64,000 nucleotides of DNA, taken from IMG/VR virus record IMGVR_UViG_3300048598_000516, positions 161 through 64,160 of that record. The stretch is one strand, 5' to 3'. Origin of the DNA: a virus. Of this stretch, positions 34,397 through 44,208 are shown piece by piece. The position numbers and the translations under genes were made by a program. The notes below the pieces were generated by a model. The model searched no databases. It saw only the letters and a list, made by a program, of their open reading frames with translations, and had not been told where the DNA came from. Positions within the stretch are counted from its first letter, which is position 1. Every line of letters begins with the position of its first letter.

Positions 34397-36037
34397 ATGG
34401 ATGCAACCTCCCCGACCATGACGATCGGGCTGTCGGACTTCGAGAAGCCCGTGCAGTCTGCGATCTACGAAGCCGGAGCCATGCCCTCGAAGGGCGCGGC
34501 ACTGGACCTGTCGTCGTGGGCTCCGCTGAGCGCTGCCGCCGACCGCGACATCATCGGAAACAAGGATCCGATGGAAGGTCGCATCATCGACCTGTTCCAG
34601 AACGACGGTTTTGTAGCTGGCGCGATCGAACACCATTGCAACCATGTTGTCGGCGAAGGGCTTCGCCTGTCGGTCAAGCCGGACTATGAGGCCCTCGGCA
34701 TCACCGAAGATCAGGCGACAGAGTTCGCCGAGAAGATCGAGAGCGTCTGGCGCTGGTTCACCAATTCGTCCAACAACTATATGGACGCGTCGGGAAAGGT
34801 GAACGCGATCACCTTCCAGTGGGCCATGTATCGCTCTTGGCTACTGCACGGCGAAATCCTGCTGTCAGTCGAGTTCAAGCGAGGCCGCCGGCTCGGGACC
34901 ACGTTCCGGCTCATCGACCCCGCCCGCCTCTGTGACCCGGTCCCGATGCCCGTAGGCATCAACGTCAACATCCGATCGGGTGTCGAGCTTGATCAGGATG
35001 GATCCGTCGTCGCCTATCACATCGCGAACCGGCATCCCCGCGACTACGCCAAGCGCGTGATGCGGAAGCTGGAGTGGAAACGGATCGAGCCGGTCTCGCG
35101 CACCGGCCGCCGCCGGATCATCCACATCTTCGACCAGCAGAGGCCGGAGCAGACGCGCGGCGTCTCGATCTTCGCTCCGATCATTCGTGCGCTCAAGATG
35201 GCTGACCGCCTCAACGACGCGACTCTGGACGCCGCTCTGCTGCAGACGATCTATGCTCTCGTCATCAAGTCCGAGCTGGACTTCGAAAAGGCGATGATGG
35301 TGCTTGGCACCGAGCAGGGCCAAGGTCTGCAGGCGCTCAACCAGTACATGCTCGCTCATGGCGAGTATTACAAGTCGCACAAGATCCCGGTAGAGGGCGC
35401 ACGCGCCGTCCACCTCCTGCCGAATGAGACGCTGGAGATGACGAGCCCCAAGAACCCTGGGCCGGATCTCGCCGAGTTCGTTCGCGGCATCTACATGGAA
35501 GGCGCTCGCGGCGCAAACATGTCGGTCGAGACGTGGACCGGCGATTACAGTGCCACATCGTTCTCGGCCTCCCAGATGTCGAACATGGAGGTGAACCGAG
35601 GGCACATGAACCGCCGAAAGCGGATTCTCGCCCCGGCTCTGCAGGCCATGTACGAGTGCGTGCTTGAAGAGCACGTGATGAAGAACCCGGGAGACATGCC
35701 CGGTACTCGCAGTTTCTGGGACGCGCGCGACGAAATCTGCGGAGCCCACTGGATCGGCCCTCCGATGCCGATCGCCGACCCTGTGAAGGAAGCTGCCGCA
35801 TCTCAGGCACGCCTAGACGCCATGACGACGTCTCTGTCGATCGAGTGCGCCCGCCACGGCATCGACTGGGTCGAGCTGCTGGAGCAGCGCAAGCGCGAGC
35901 AGGAACTGATCGCAAAACTCGGCATCAACGTGCCCAAGCCCGTCCCTCTGCAGGTTGACGGGATGGAGCCCGAGCCTCCGCCGCCCGCGCCGCCGTCGCC
36001 CGGTGGGAAGCCCAAGCCCAATGGAGACGGCCGGTGA
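34397..36037 (+). CDS. portal protein (lambda gpB family)
   Basis: DLFQND...VGEGL, LIDPARL, GVELD, IHIFDQQRPEQTRG, TGDYSATSFSA, DPVKE. Confidence 0.93.
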   Translation: MDATSPTMTIGLSDFEKPVQSAIYEAGAMPSKGAALDLSSWAPLSAAADRDIIGNKDPMEGRIIDLFQNDGFVAGAIEHHCNHVVGEGLRLSVKPDYEALGITEDQATEFAEKIESVWRWFTNSSNNYMDASGKVNAITFQWAMYRSWLLHGEILLSVEFKRGRRLGTTFRLIDPARLCDPVPMPVGINVNIRSGVELDQDGSVVAYHIANRHPRDYAKRVMRKLEWKRIEPVSRTGRRRIIHIFDQQRPEQTRGVSIFAPIIRALKMADRLNDATLDAALLQTIYALVIKSELDFEKAMMVLGTEQGQGLQALNQYMLAHGEYYKSHKIPVEGARAVHLLPNETLEMTSPKNPGPDLAEFVRGIYMEGARGANMSVETWTGDYSATSFSASQMSNMEVNRGHMNRRKRILAPALQAMYECVLEEHVMKNPGDMPGTRSFWDARDEICGAHWIGPPMPIADPVKEAAASQARLDAMTTSLSIECARHGIDWVELLEQRKREQELIAKLGINVPKPVPLQVDGMEPEPPPPAPPSPGGKPKPNGDGR

Positions 36038-36408
36038 GCGCAGTCGACAACTCCCCCGGCCAGCTCTGCCCTCCGGCAGGCGCTCCGCCGTGCGTGGCCC
36101 AACTGTACTCGATGTACAACGCGTACATCGACATCATCTCTGGCCGCAACGTTTCGGCGATCCAGACCAGCGACTTCCGGCGCATGGAGTTCGGCAAGGC
36201 CGACGTTCCGCGCCTGATCGCGATGTACAACTCCATGTGGGACCAGTGCGGCGCCGCAACCGACCTGCCGCGCCTGTCTCTCTCGGTATCGGCCGCGATC
36301 AGACGCGGCGGCCCCGCCGTCCTTGGCGGCGAGCGCCCCCCGGTCGAGCAGACCATGGGGTTCCCGCGCCTTTCCGGCTACACCTACATCCCGGCGGTGA
36401 GATGGTGA
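36034..36408 (+). CDS. gpW-like head completion protein
   Basis: AYIDIISGRNVSAIQ...RRMEFGKADVPRL resembles gpW. Confidence 0.55.
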   Translation: MSAVDNSPGQLCPPAGAPPCVAQLYSMYNAYIDIISGRNVSAIQTSDFRRMEFGKADVPRLIAMYNSMWDQCGAATDLPRLSLSVSAAIRRGGPAVLGGERPPVEQTMGFPRLSGYTYIPAVRW

Positions 36409-37706
36409 AGATCCTCCCCCACATTGCGCAGGAAGTGCTCAACCGCCCCTTGCTGTGCCTTCCCGACTATGCCGAGGCGATGATCGCCGCACTGGGCGGC
36501 CGCATCGAGGTCGACGTGGAATCGCTCGCTCCCGAGCAGCTCGCCGCGTTCGATTACGGCAAGCGCGTCGACAACTCGCATCTATTCGCGACTGTCGATG
36601 GCGTGGCGCACATCCCGATCATCGGGTCGCTGACGCATCGCGGATCCAACCTGTCGGCGATGTCCGGCATGCACGGCTACAACGCCCTGCAGACGAAGAT
36701 CGCTGCGGCCATCGACGACCCCGACGTCAAGACGATCCTGTTGGAGATGGACTCCCCCGGCGGGTCCGTTGCCGGCGCGTTCGACTTCGCCGACTGGCTG
36801 TTCGCTCAGCGGGACAAGGGCAAGCGCATTATCGCGCTGGCGAAGGACCAGATGGCGAGCGCCGCATACCTGATCGGGTCGCAGGCGCACGAGATCTGGG
36901 TGACCCAGACGTCGATGGTCGGGTCGATCGGCGTGATGCTCGTTCACATGGACCGCAGCAAGGCGCTTGAGAAGGCTGGAACGAAGCCGACCTTCGTCTT
37001 CGCCGGTGCCCATAAGGTCGATGCAAACTCGGCAGAGCCCCTCTCCCCAGATGTCAGGGGCGACCTGCAAGCAGAAATCGACCGCAGTTACCAGATGTTC
37101 GTCGATGCGGTCGAGCGAGGTCGCACCGGCAAGATGACGGCTGATGATGTCCGCGCCACCGAAGCCCGGATGTATGCCGCTGAACAAGCCATCGATCTTG
37201 GTCTGGCCGACAAGGTCATGACGCTCGACGGCGCCCTCGCTCGCCTCGCCGAGACCAACTCCCCTCGGTCTCATATTTTCGCTCAATCGGAGAACGCATC
37301 GACCATGTCGATTTCTCAGGAACAGCTCGACGCTGCGGTGGCCGCCGCCCGCGCCGATGGCGCCAAGGCCGAGGGTGCTCGCATCTCCGCGATCCTCGGC
37401 TCCGCCTCGGCCGAGGGCCGAGACACCCTCGCGCGCCATCTCGCCTTCAACACCAGCATGGATGCGGCTGCTGCCGAGGGCATCCTCTCGGCGTCGGCCA
37501 AGGTCGCGCCGCAGCCGCCGGCCGGCACGACCACCAACGCGGCTCACGCCGCCGCCGTCGAAGGCGTCCTCGCCAACGCCGCCGCCGGCGTCTCCGGCGA
37601 TCCGGGCGCTGGCGCCGGAGCCGACACCACCGACACCCGCTCCGCCGCGATCGATGAAGCGCGCGCCAACGTCCGCGCCCTCATGGCCGCGCGTCGCAAG
37701 AAGTGA
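36402..37706 (+). CDS. S49 capsid maturation protease with C-terminal scaffold (gpC/Nu3-like)
   Basis: EMDSPGGSVAG, QMASAAYLIGS, VGSIGV, GAHKVD; Ala-rich scaffold tail. Confidence 0.92.
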   Translation: MVKILPHIAQEVLNRPLLCLPDYAEAMIAALGGRIEVDVESLAPEQLAAFDYGKRVDNSHLFATVDGVAHIPIIGSLTHRGSNLSAMSGMHGYNALQTKIAAAIDDPDVKTILLEMDSPGGSVAGAFDFADWLFAQRDKGKRIIALAKDQMASAAYLIGSQAHEIWVTQTSMVGSIGVMLVHMDRSKALEKAGTKPTFVFAGAHKVDANSAEPLSPDVRGDLQAEIDRSYQMFVDAVERGRTGKMTADDVRATEARMYAAEQAIDLGLADKVMTLDGALARLAETNSPRSHIFAQSENASTMSISQEQLDAAVAAARADGAKAEGARISAILGSASAEGRDTLARHLAFNTSMDAAAAEGILSASAKVAPQPPAGTTTNAAHAAAVEGVLANAAAGVSGDPGAGAGADTTDTRSAAIDEARANVRALMAARRKK

Positions 37707-37716
37707 GGCCTGACCG

Positions 37717-38115
37717 ATGACCATGCGCTATCCCGCGTTCTGCGGCATCGTTGATGCCATCAACGTTCAGCCGTTCTTCCTCGACGGCACCTCCGACCAC
37801 GCGTTCCAGACCGTGAAGGTCGCCGCCGGCCAGATCCTGCGCGCCGGCTCGGTCCTCGGCGTCAAGACCGCCGACGGCAAGGCCTACTTCTGCGTCAAGG
37901 CGGCCGGCGACGGCTCCGAGGTCCCGCACGGCATCCTCATGGAGAACCTCGACACCTCCGCCGGTGACGTCGAGGTCGGCCTGCTGGTTCACACCTCGGC
38001 CCAGATCAACGAGTCGCAGGTCGTCTTCGACGCGTCGTGGACCCTCCCCGACATCAAGCTGGCGCTCCGCCGCGCCGGTCTCTTCATCCGCCGAGCGCTC
38101 TACTCGGCCGCCTGA
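37717..38115 (+). CDS. head decoration protein (gpD-like)
   Basis: AAGQILRAGSVLG...GSEVPHGIL; lies between protease and capsid genes. Confidence 0.8.
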   Translation: MTMRYPAFCGIVDAINVQPFFLDGTSDHAFQTVKVAAGQILRAGSVLGVKTADGKAYFCVKAAGDGSEVPHGILMENLDTSAGDVEVGLLVHTSAQINESQVVFDASWTLPDIKLALRRAGLFIRRALYSAA

Positions 38116-38142
38116 TCGGCAACCTGAAAGGGACACCACGCG

Positions 38143-39183
38143 ATGTACAATCGCTACGATACCTACCTCCTGATGGCGATGCTGGAAGAGGTCGAGCCGG
38201 TCACGGACTTCCTGACCGCCACCTTCTTCCCGAACGTCATCAACTTCACGACCCGAACGGTCGACTTCGACATCGTCCGCAAGGGCAAGCGCCTCGCGCC
38301 GTTCGTGTCGCCGCTGACCGCCGGCGTCCCGATCGCCCGCGAAGGCGGCATCACGAAGTCGCTGGCCCCGGCCTACATCAAGCCGAAGTCCTTCGTGCAG
38401 CCCACCGACGCGCTCGTGCGCCTGTCCGGCGAGGGCTACAACAACGCCGCTCTGACCCCGATGCAGCGCATGGACATGCTCGTCGCGCAGGAGCTGGAAG
38501 AGCACGGTCGGATGATCGACAACCGCCTGGAGTGGATGTCGGCGCAGGCTCTGCTGAACGGCGGCTACACGGTGGCCGGCGAGCAGTATCAGCCCGTCTA
38601 CGTCGACTTCGGTCATGACCCGTCCCTCAAGATCGCCCTGACCGGCACCGCCAAGTGGTCGAATCCGACCACCTCGCTCCCGCTCGACGACATCGAGGCC
38701 GCTTCCATGGCCGTCCGCCGCCTGTCGCGCGGCGCCATCGTGGACACGCTGGTCGTGGACCCGAAGGCGTGGTCGCTCCTGCGGGTCCACCCGCAGCTCA
38801 AGGACCGCATCAACGTCTTCTTCCGTCGCCCGTACGTGACCACCATCTCGGACGGCCCCCGCAACAACATCGGCGCTCAGTGGGTCGGTTCGATCGACCA
38901 GCGCTTCGACATCTGGGTCTACGAGGCCTACTACTCCGACGATGACGGCAACGACGTGTCCTACATGAAGGACTACACCTGCCTCCTCATCGCGCGGCAG
39001 GCCCTCGAAGGCATGCAGCTCTACGGCGCCATCATGGACGCGGACGCCCAGTTCCAGTCCGTGAAGCACTTCGTCAAGGGCCGCGCGTCGTGGGATCCGG
39101 CCGGCGTCGAGACGCTGTCGCAGTCCGCCCCGCTGATCGCCCCCAAGCGCGTCAACGCTTGGGCGATCCTGACCGTCAACTGA
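38143..39183 (+). CDS. major capsid protein (lambda gpE family)
   Basis: FFPN...VDFD...LAPFVSP, PAYIKPK, RLEWMSAQAL, LSQSAPL. Confidence 0.94.
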   Translation: MYNRYDTYLLMAMLEEVEPVTDFLTATFFPNVINFTTRTVDFDIVRKGKRLAPFVSPLTAGVPIAREGGITKSLAPAYIKPKSFVQPTDALVRLSGEGYNNAALTPMQRMDMLVAQELEEHGRMIDNRLEWMSAQALLNGGYTVAGEQYQPVYVDFGHDPSLKIALTGTAKWSNPTTSLPLDDIEAASMAVRRLSRGAIVDTLVVDPKAWSLLRVHPQLKDRINVFFRRPYVTTISDGPRNNIGAQWVGSIDQRFDIWVYEAYYSDDDGNDVSYMKDYTCLLIARQALEGMQLYGAIMDADAQFQSVKHFVKGRASWDPAGVETLSQSAPLIAPKRVNAWAILTVN

Positions 39184-39196
39184 CGTCTGAGACCTT

Positions 39197-39218
39197 GCCG
39201 GAGTGGCAACACTCCGGC
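39197..39218 (+). terminator. hairpin after the capsid gene
   Basis: GCCGGAGTG-GCAA-CACTCCGGC with a GNRA loop; no clear U tract. Confidence 0.45.
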
Positions 39219-39241
39219 TCCACCATGTCAAGGAGCACGAG

Positions 39242-39421
39242 ATGCCCGACAAGACTCAGGCCGCCGTCACCGTGAACATCGACGAAGTCGTCACGGTCAA
39301 CCTCGGCTTCGCCACCAACAACCTCAAGGGCGCCACGCAGGTTCGTCTCCCGAACCACGTCGCCAAGTTCTTCGCCGACTACAAGGTCGTGACTGTCACC
39401 ACCCCGGGAGCGAACATCTGA
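39242..39421 (+). CDS. small virion-associated hypothetical protein
   Basis: MPDKTQAAV... with AAGGAG RBS. Confidence 0.6.
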   Translation: MPDKTQAAVTVNIDEVVTVNLGFATNNLKGATQVRLPNHVAKFFADYKVVTVTTPGANI

Positions 39422-39678
39422 TGGGTACCAAGATTCAGGCCGTGAAGCAGCTCTGGGTTCCGAAGTCCGGCGCCGCCGCCGACTCCCCGATCCACGAGGT
39501 TCGCAACACCTACGTTCTTCCGGACCAGACCGTCGAGATCGGCGTCGACATCGAACTGTCCGACATCGAGGTCAACGAGCTGGTCGAGCGCGGCTTCGCG
39601 ATCGTCGTCGGCTCCGACGAGAACCCCGTCCAGACCGTCGCCGCCCCGCCGAAGATTCAGGTCACGAAGGCGGCCTGA
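39421..39678 (+). CDS. small hypothetical protein
   Basis: 85 aa coupled ORF. Confidence 0.65.
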   Translation: MGTKIQAVKQLWVPKSGAAADSPIHEVRNTYVLPDQTVEIGVDIELSDIEVNELVERGFAIVVGSDENPVQTVAAPPKIQVTKAA

Positions 39679-39679
39679 C

Positions 39680-40186
39680 GTGAAGCTCGCGCTCGCCGTC
39701 AGCGCTGCAGCTGGGCTTGCCATAGTGGCAGCGCAGGCGAGCGCGAGCTTCACCCTACGCGTGCGCCAGCGCGCAGAAATCAACTTCGTCGGTGATGTCA
39801 GCATGAGCCCTATCCCGGTCGGACTTGGCCGCATCGATATAGTCATCGACGTGACAGGAACAGACCCGGCGCTGATGTCGGACGCCGCCTCTGTCGACGT
39901 CTTGATCGTCGATGAAGCCGAGTCCGTTGCCATCTACAGCGCCTCGCTTCCGGCGCCTCTGGTCGAGACCGAGCCGGCCGCATCTTCGCCGAAGGCCTAC
40001 TCGATCATCGAGACGAAGTTCGGCTCAGAATCAGAACATACGAAGGTATCATTCCAGCATGAGTTCGCATACGCCGGAGTTTTTCGCGTCGGCTTGAAGT
40101 TCTGGCGCCGTGACGGAAGTTACGTGACGAGCTTCGAACCGCAGAAGATTGTCGCCAGCGATGGCATGAGCCGATACAACAGGTGA
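39680..40186 (+). CDS. hypothetical protein
   Basis: 168 aa ORF in the head-tail region; hydrophobic N-terminus. Confidence 0.55.
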   Translation: MKLALAVSAAAGLAIVAAQASASFTLRVRQRAEINFVGDVSMSPIPVGLGRIDIVIDVTGTDPALMSDAASVDVLIVDEAESVAIYSASLPAPLVETEPAASSPKAYSIIETKFGSESEHTKVSFQHEFAYAGVFRVGLKFWRRDGSYVTSFEPQKIVASDGMSRYNR

Positions 40187-40190
40187 TTAC

Positions 40191-40538
40191 ATGCCTTGCG
40201 TTGCCTACATCTCCGACAAGATGGATACAGACAGTCGAGCGTTCACGCTCGACTGGTCTCCAATTCTAACGTACCCCGAGCCGATCGGGTTGCCCGACCG
40301 GATTGCGCAGTCGTCGTGGGAGTTCGACGCGGCGAGTCCTGCCACCGGATCGGTTTCGCACGACGGGTTCTCGGCCGAACGGGCGGTCTCGTGGTGCTGC
40401 GTCAGCGGCGGCTCGAACGGCGACGTGTTCCACCTCAACAACACGATCACCACGGCCGGGGTTCAGTGCGGCGGGGTCTCCATGCCCCCGCAGACGTTCG
40501 TTCGGCAGGTCCGAATTCGAGTCCGCAGCACATGCTGA
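40191..40538 (+). CDS. putative fibre/head adaptor protein
   Basis: DSRAFTLDWS...SSWE...VSGGSNG...LNNTITT pattern. Confidence 0.5.
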   Translation: MPCVAYISDKMDTDSRAFTLDWSPILTYPEPIGLPDRIAQSSWEFDAASPATGSVSHDGFSAERAVSWCCVSGGSNGDVFHLNNTITTAGVQCGGVSMPPQTFVRQVRIRVRSTC

Positions 40539-40951
40539 GCGCGTTTGAACAAGCTGAGTTTCGCGGCCAGATCGCGCTGGAATCCGGCTTCGGGAAGACG
40601 ATCACGTACATCCCGATGAGGACGCTACCCGATGAGCGCCCCATTCCAGACCAGTCGCGACCGACCCTCTACAACGTCCCGTGCGTGATGAACAGGAAGC
40701 CTGTCGGAAAGTCATACAAAGGTATCGATTTCCGGCGCGACAATACTCGCGGCGAGAGATACTCGCAGCCTAGCGAGTTCATTGTCGAGATGGAGATAAG
40801 GGGCTGCCTTCTTCCGTACGAGCCGCTCCAGTACGACGTGATCGAGGGATTCGGCACTCGGTGGGAGGTTTGCGACCTGACCACGTACGGCAATGTCGTG
40901 TGGAGTATTCCTGTCAAGGAAAAAGGGTTCGGCCATGCGGCAAAGGTCTGA
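40532..40951 (+). CDS. head-tail joining protein
   Basis: Position and size; beta-rich. Confidence 0.5.
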   Translation: MLSAFEQAEFRGQIALESGFGKTITYIPMRTLPDERPIPDQSRPTLYNVPCVMNRKPVGKSYKGIDFRRDNTRGERYSQPSEFIVEMEIRGCLLPYEPLQYDVIEGFGTRWEVCDLTTYGNVVWSIPVKEKGFGHAAKV

Positions 40952-41522
40952 CATCCGGATGGCAACCGTAGCCTGCCTGAGTAATGAGAAGGTCGCACCG
41001 TATCCGACCATGGGTGAAGACAGGATCTACGATTCGAGACATGATCCTGATCTGCAATTCCGCAGCGCTCAGCCGCGCCCGATGGCGGTAGTCTACACCG
41101 AGAGCGAGGTCCGCACGCCGATCAACCCGAACGATCTGGGGACCGTACCGTTCAAGGCGCAGCTCGAATTGATCATCCAACTGTCGCTGACGGGCGACGA
41201 TGACTATGTGCAGACCGGCAAGGAGCTGGAGGCTCAGCTTGATCTATTCGAGGATCAAGTAGTCCGAACGCTCTTCGACCCATCTCGACCCGCTTCGCTG
41301 GCTTGGCTACGAACCTTCAAGAGGGTCATCCAGATCGACAGCGTCCGCGTCTCGGCGACGAACGTGTCACACCGCATTGCCATGCGCGAGATCGCCGTCC
41401 TGCTCGAATACGACGACAAGTGCTGGCCGCTGAGCCGCGCATTTCCGGACTTCGAGGCGATGCACATGCAGGCCGCCGCCGCCGGGACCGACCAATTCAC
41501 CACCGTGGAGATCATCAACTGA
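40935..41522 (+). CDS. tail completion/terminator protein
   Basis: Position before DUF2635 and sheath; VYDSR...AVVYTESE pattern. Confidence 0.55.
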   Translation: MRQRSDIRMATVACLSNEKVAPYPTMGEDRIYDSRHDPDLQFRSAQPRPMAVVYTESEVRTPINPNDLGTVPFKAQLELIIQLSLTGDDDYVQTGKELEAQLDLFEDQVVRTLFDPSRPASLAWLRTFKRVIQIDSVRVSATNVSHRIAMREIAVLLEYDDKCWPLSRAFPDFEAMHMQAAAAGTDQFTTVEIIN

Positions 41523-41749
41523 TGCCCCGCATCGAAACGATCAAGCCGGCCGCCGGCGTCGTCCTTCTGGACCACGCAAACGGCTACGCCAAGATCCCCG
41601 AAGACGGGGCTTCCGTCGAATGGGACATGGTCTGGGCCAAGCGCGTCGCTCAGGGCGATGCCGCCATCGTTCGCGCCCCGGATGCTGCCAAACCGGCAGC
41701 GTCCACCGTCAAGCCCGTGCCGGCCCTCGCCGCGCCCTCCGAACAGTGA
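41522..41749 (+). CDS. DUF2635 family (Mu gp38-like) protein
   Basis: IKPAAG...IPEDGASV...WAKRVAQGD immediately before the sheath gene. Confidence 0.7.
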   Translation: MPRIETIKPAAGVVLLDHANGYAKIPEDGASVEWDMVWAKRVAQGDAAIVRAPDAAKPAASTVKPVPALAAPSEQ

Positions 41750-41759
41750 GGTCTGATCA

Positions 41760-43247
41760 GTGACCATCTCGTTCAACGAAATCCCCGGCAATCTGCGCGT
41801 CCCGCTCTTCTATGCGGAGGTGAACGCAGGCGGCTCCGTCTACAACTCGTCGCAGCGCCTGCTGCTCATCGGCCAGAAGTCGAGCACTGGCACCGCTTCC
41901 GAGAATACTCCGGTGCTCGTGTCGTCGAAGACCGAGGACGGCCTGTTCGGCGGCGGCTCGATGCTGTGCGACATGGTCAAGTGGGCGCGAAACGCCGCGC
42001 CGTTCCAAGAGATCTGGGCGCTTCCGGTCGCGGATGATGCCGCAGCCACGGCCTCGAAGTGGACCGTGACCTTCGCCGCCGCCGGCTTCCCCGTGGCCGT
42101 CAAGACGTCCTACACCGCCTACATCGGCGGGCGTCGGTACGTCTCCGCCGTCTCGACCTCGGACACGGCGGCAACCGCCGCAGCGGCCTTCGCCGCCGTC
42201 GTCAACGCCGACGCCTACGCCTACGTCACCGCGACGTCCGCCGCCGGTGTCGTGACCCTCACGGCGAAGAACGCCGGCAAGGCGGCCGGCGTGATCGACG
42301 TCCGCTCGGTCTATTACGGTGACGAGTCGGCGTTCCATGCCAATGTCACGATCGCCCAGACCGTCACCGGCGCGATGAATCCCGACATCACGCTGGCGCT
42401 CGCCGGCCTCAACGCCGAACCCTTCGATTGGATCGTCGCTCCGTTCGACGACGCGTCGAATCGGGCGACCATGTCCACGTTCCTCGACGGCATTTCGGGC
42501 CGCTGGTCGCCGATTCAGCAGCTCTACGGCCACGCATTCATGGTCTCCGAAGGGACCGTCGGCGCGCTGACGGCGCTCGGCCTCAGCATGAACGACCCGC
42601 ACATCACGATGGTCGGGACCTACAAGTCCCCGACGCCGGGATGGGCAATCGCGGCGACGTGGGGCGCCATGGCCGCCAAGCATCTGCAGGCCCCGCCGGA
42701 GCTGTCGCGCCCGCTCCAGTTCCTGACGCTTCCCGGCGTGCTCGCGCCGTCGATCGCCGACCGCTTCGCCATCGTCGACCGCAACGTGCTCTACTACTCC
42801 GGCATCGCGCTCTATGCGACCGACACCACCGGAGCGGTCAAGATCGATCGGTCGATCACGACCTATCGCCTCAACGCGGCCGGCTTCTCGGACTCGACGT
42901 GGCTCGACGTCCAGACGATCGCCCAGACCGTCTACATGCTGCGCTACCTGCGCACCAAGGTGACGAACATCTACGGGCGCGTCGGCCTCGCCGACGACGA
43001 CACTCCGCCGGTTCAGGGCATCGCGCGCCCGCGCGACATCCGCAACACCCTGATCGCCGGCTACGCGGAGCTGGTCAGTCTCGGCGTCGTCGAGAATCTC
43101 TCGGCCTTCGAGACGGCGCTGATCGTCGAGCGCAACGCCACCGACGCGAACCGTGTCGATGTCTACCTGCCCTACGACGTCGTCAACCAGCTCCGGGTCA
43201 TCGCGGTCAATGCCGTGACCTACCTCCAGTTCCCGTCGCAGTCGTGA
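41760..43247 (+). CDS. contractile tail sheath (Mu gpL-like)
   Basis: MTISFNEIPGNLRVPLFYAEVN; LIVERNATDANRVDVYLP. Confidence 0.95.
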   Translation: MTISFNEIPGNLRVPLFYAEVNAGGSVYNSSQRLLLIGQKSSTGTASENTPVLVSSKTEDGLFGGGSMLCDMVKWARNAAPFQEIWALPVADDAAATASKWTVTFAAAGFPVAVKTSYTAYIGGRRYVSAVSTSDTAATAAAAFAAVVNADAYAYVTATSAAGVVTLTAKNAGKAAGVIDVRSVYYGDESAFHANVTIAQTVTGAMNPDITLALAGLNAEPFDWIVAPFDDASNRATMSTFLDGISGRWSPIQQLYGHAFMVSEGTVGALTALGLSMNDPHITMVGTYKSPTPGWAIAATWGAMAAKHLQAPPELSRPLQFLTLPGVLAPSIADRFAIVDRNVLYYSGIALYATDTTGAVKIDRSITTYRLNAAGFSDSTWLDVQTIAQTVYMLRYLRTKVTNIYGRVGLADDDTPPVQGIARPRDIRNTLIAGYAELVSLGVVENLSAFETALIVERNATDANRVDVYLPYDVVNQLRVIAVNAVTYLQFPSQS

Positions 43248-43282
43248 CGGGAACCCTGCCAACCTGACAAGAGGCTACTGAC

Positions 43283-43672
43283 ATGGCCGCAGACTATTGC
43301 TGTGCTTCCGCCGGCGGCACGCTCCGACTGACGATCGATGGTGTCGTCTACCCGGTGCGTGGCTCCGTCACCATCCAGCCCTCGAAGTACGACGCGGAGG
43401 CCGGCTCCAACCTCGATGGATCCCTGTGGGTCACCTACAAGCCGGTCCCCGTCATGGTCGAGATGGCCCTGTCCGACTTCTGCGGCCTGTCGATCATCGA
43501 CCTGCAGAAGAAGGTCTGCACGCAGGCCACGATCGAGCTGGACCACGTCAATCGCACCTACATCCTCGTGAACGCTTCGGTGATCGGACGACCGTCGCTG
43601 AATCCCGAGACCGGCGAGATCTCGTCCGTGAAGATGGTCGCCGCCGACATCCGAGAGATTCAGGACTCCTGA
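43283..43672 (+). CDS. tail tube protein (Mu gpM-like)
   Basis: AGGTLRLTIDG; follows the sheath gene. Confidence 0.85.
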   Translation: MAADYCCASAGGTLRLTIDGVVYPVRGSVTIQPSKYDAEAGSNLDGSLWVTYKPVPVMVEMALSDFCGLSIIDLQKKVCTQATIELDHVNRTYILVNASVIGRPSLNPETGEISSVKMVAADIREIQDS

Positions 43673-43772
43673 TCGTCTCGGCAGCGGTCCCCAGATGCAT
43701 CGAAGCCCGGCCTCACCGCCGGGCTTCCGCGTTTCCATATCGAGGGCAACGCAACCAGACACCGGAGGCACC

Positions 43773-44057
43773 GTGTCCACCATCGTCACCCTCAAGAAGC
43801 CGATCAAGAACGGCGACGTCACGATCAACGAGATCGAGCTGCAGGATCCGACCGCCGAGACCATCCTGTCGCTCGGCTTCTTCATCAAGAACGGCGACGC
43901 CGACTTCCGCATCGCGCTGGCCTACATCGAGCGGCTGTCCGGAATCCAGCTCCCGTTCCTCAAGAAGCTGTCGGCTCCGGACGTCATCAGCCTCGTCAGC
44001 GCCCTGTCGAAGATGTTCGCCACCGAGGACGAAGACTCCTTTCAGAAGGATCGTTGA
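43773..44057 (+). CDS. tail assembly chaperone
   Basis: VTLKKPIKNGDVTINEIELQDPT pattern; between tube and tape measure. Confidence 0.8.
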   Translation: MSTIVTLKKPIKNGDVTINEIELQDPTAETILSLGFFIKNGDADFRIALAYIERLSGIQLPFLKKLSAPDVISLVSALSKMFATEDEDSFQKDR

Positions 44058-44202
44058 CGACCTCGTATTCGGAGCGCAGCTGCGTTTCGGAGACGTGATG
44101 TCGATGACCCAAGAACAGGTGATCTACTGGCACGGACGGGCCGTCCAGTGGAACAAGGACCAGCAGGCAGCACAGGACAAGGCTGCTGCCCGCACTCGAT
44201 GA
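44041..44202 (+). CDS. GpE'-like chaperone extension (probable frameshift product)
   Basis: FRRIVDDLVFGAQLRFGDVMSMTQEQVIYWHGRA in the +1 frame; no clear independent RBS/start for the full segment. Confidence 0.55.
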   Translation, partial: FRRIVDDLVFGAQLRFGDVMSMTQEQVIYWHGRAVQWNKDQQAAQDKAAARTR

Positions 44203-44208
44203 GGCGTC

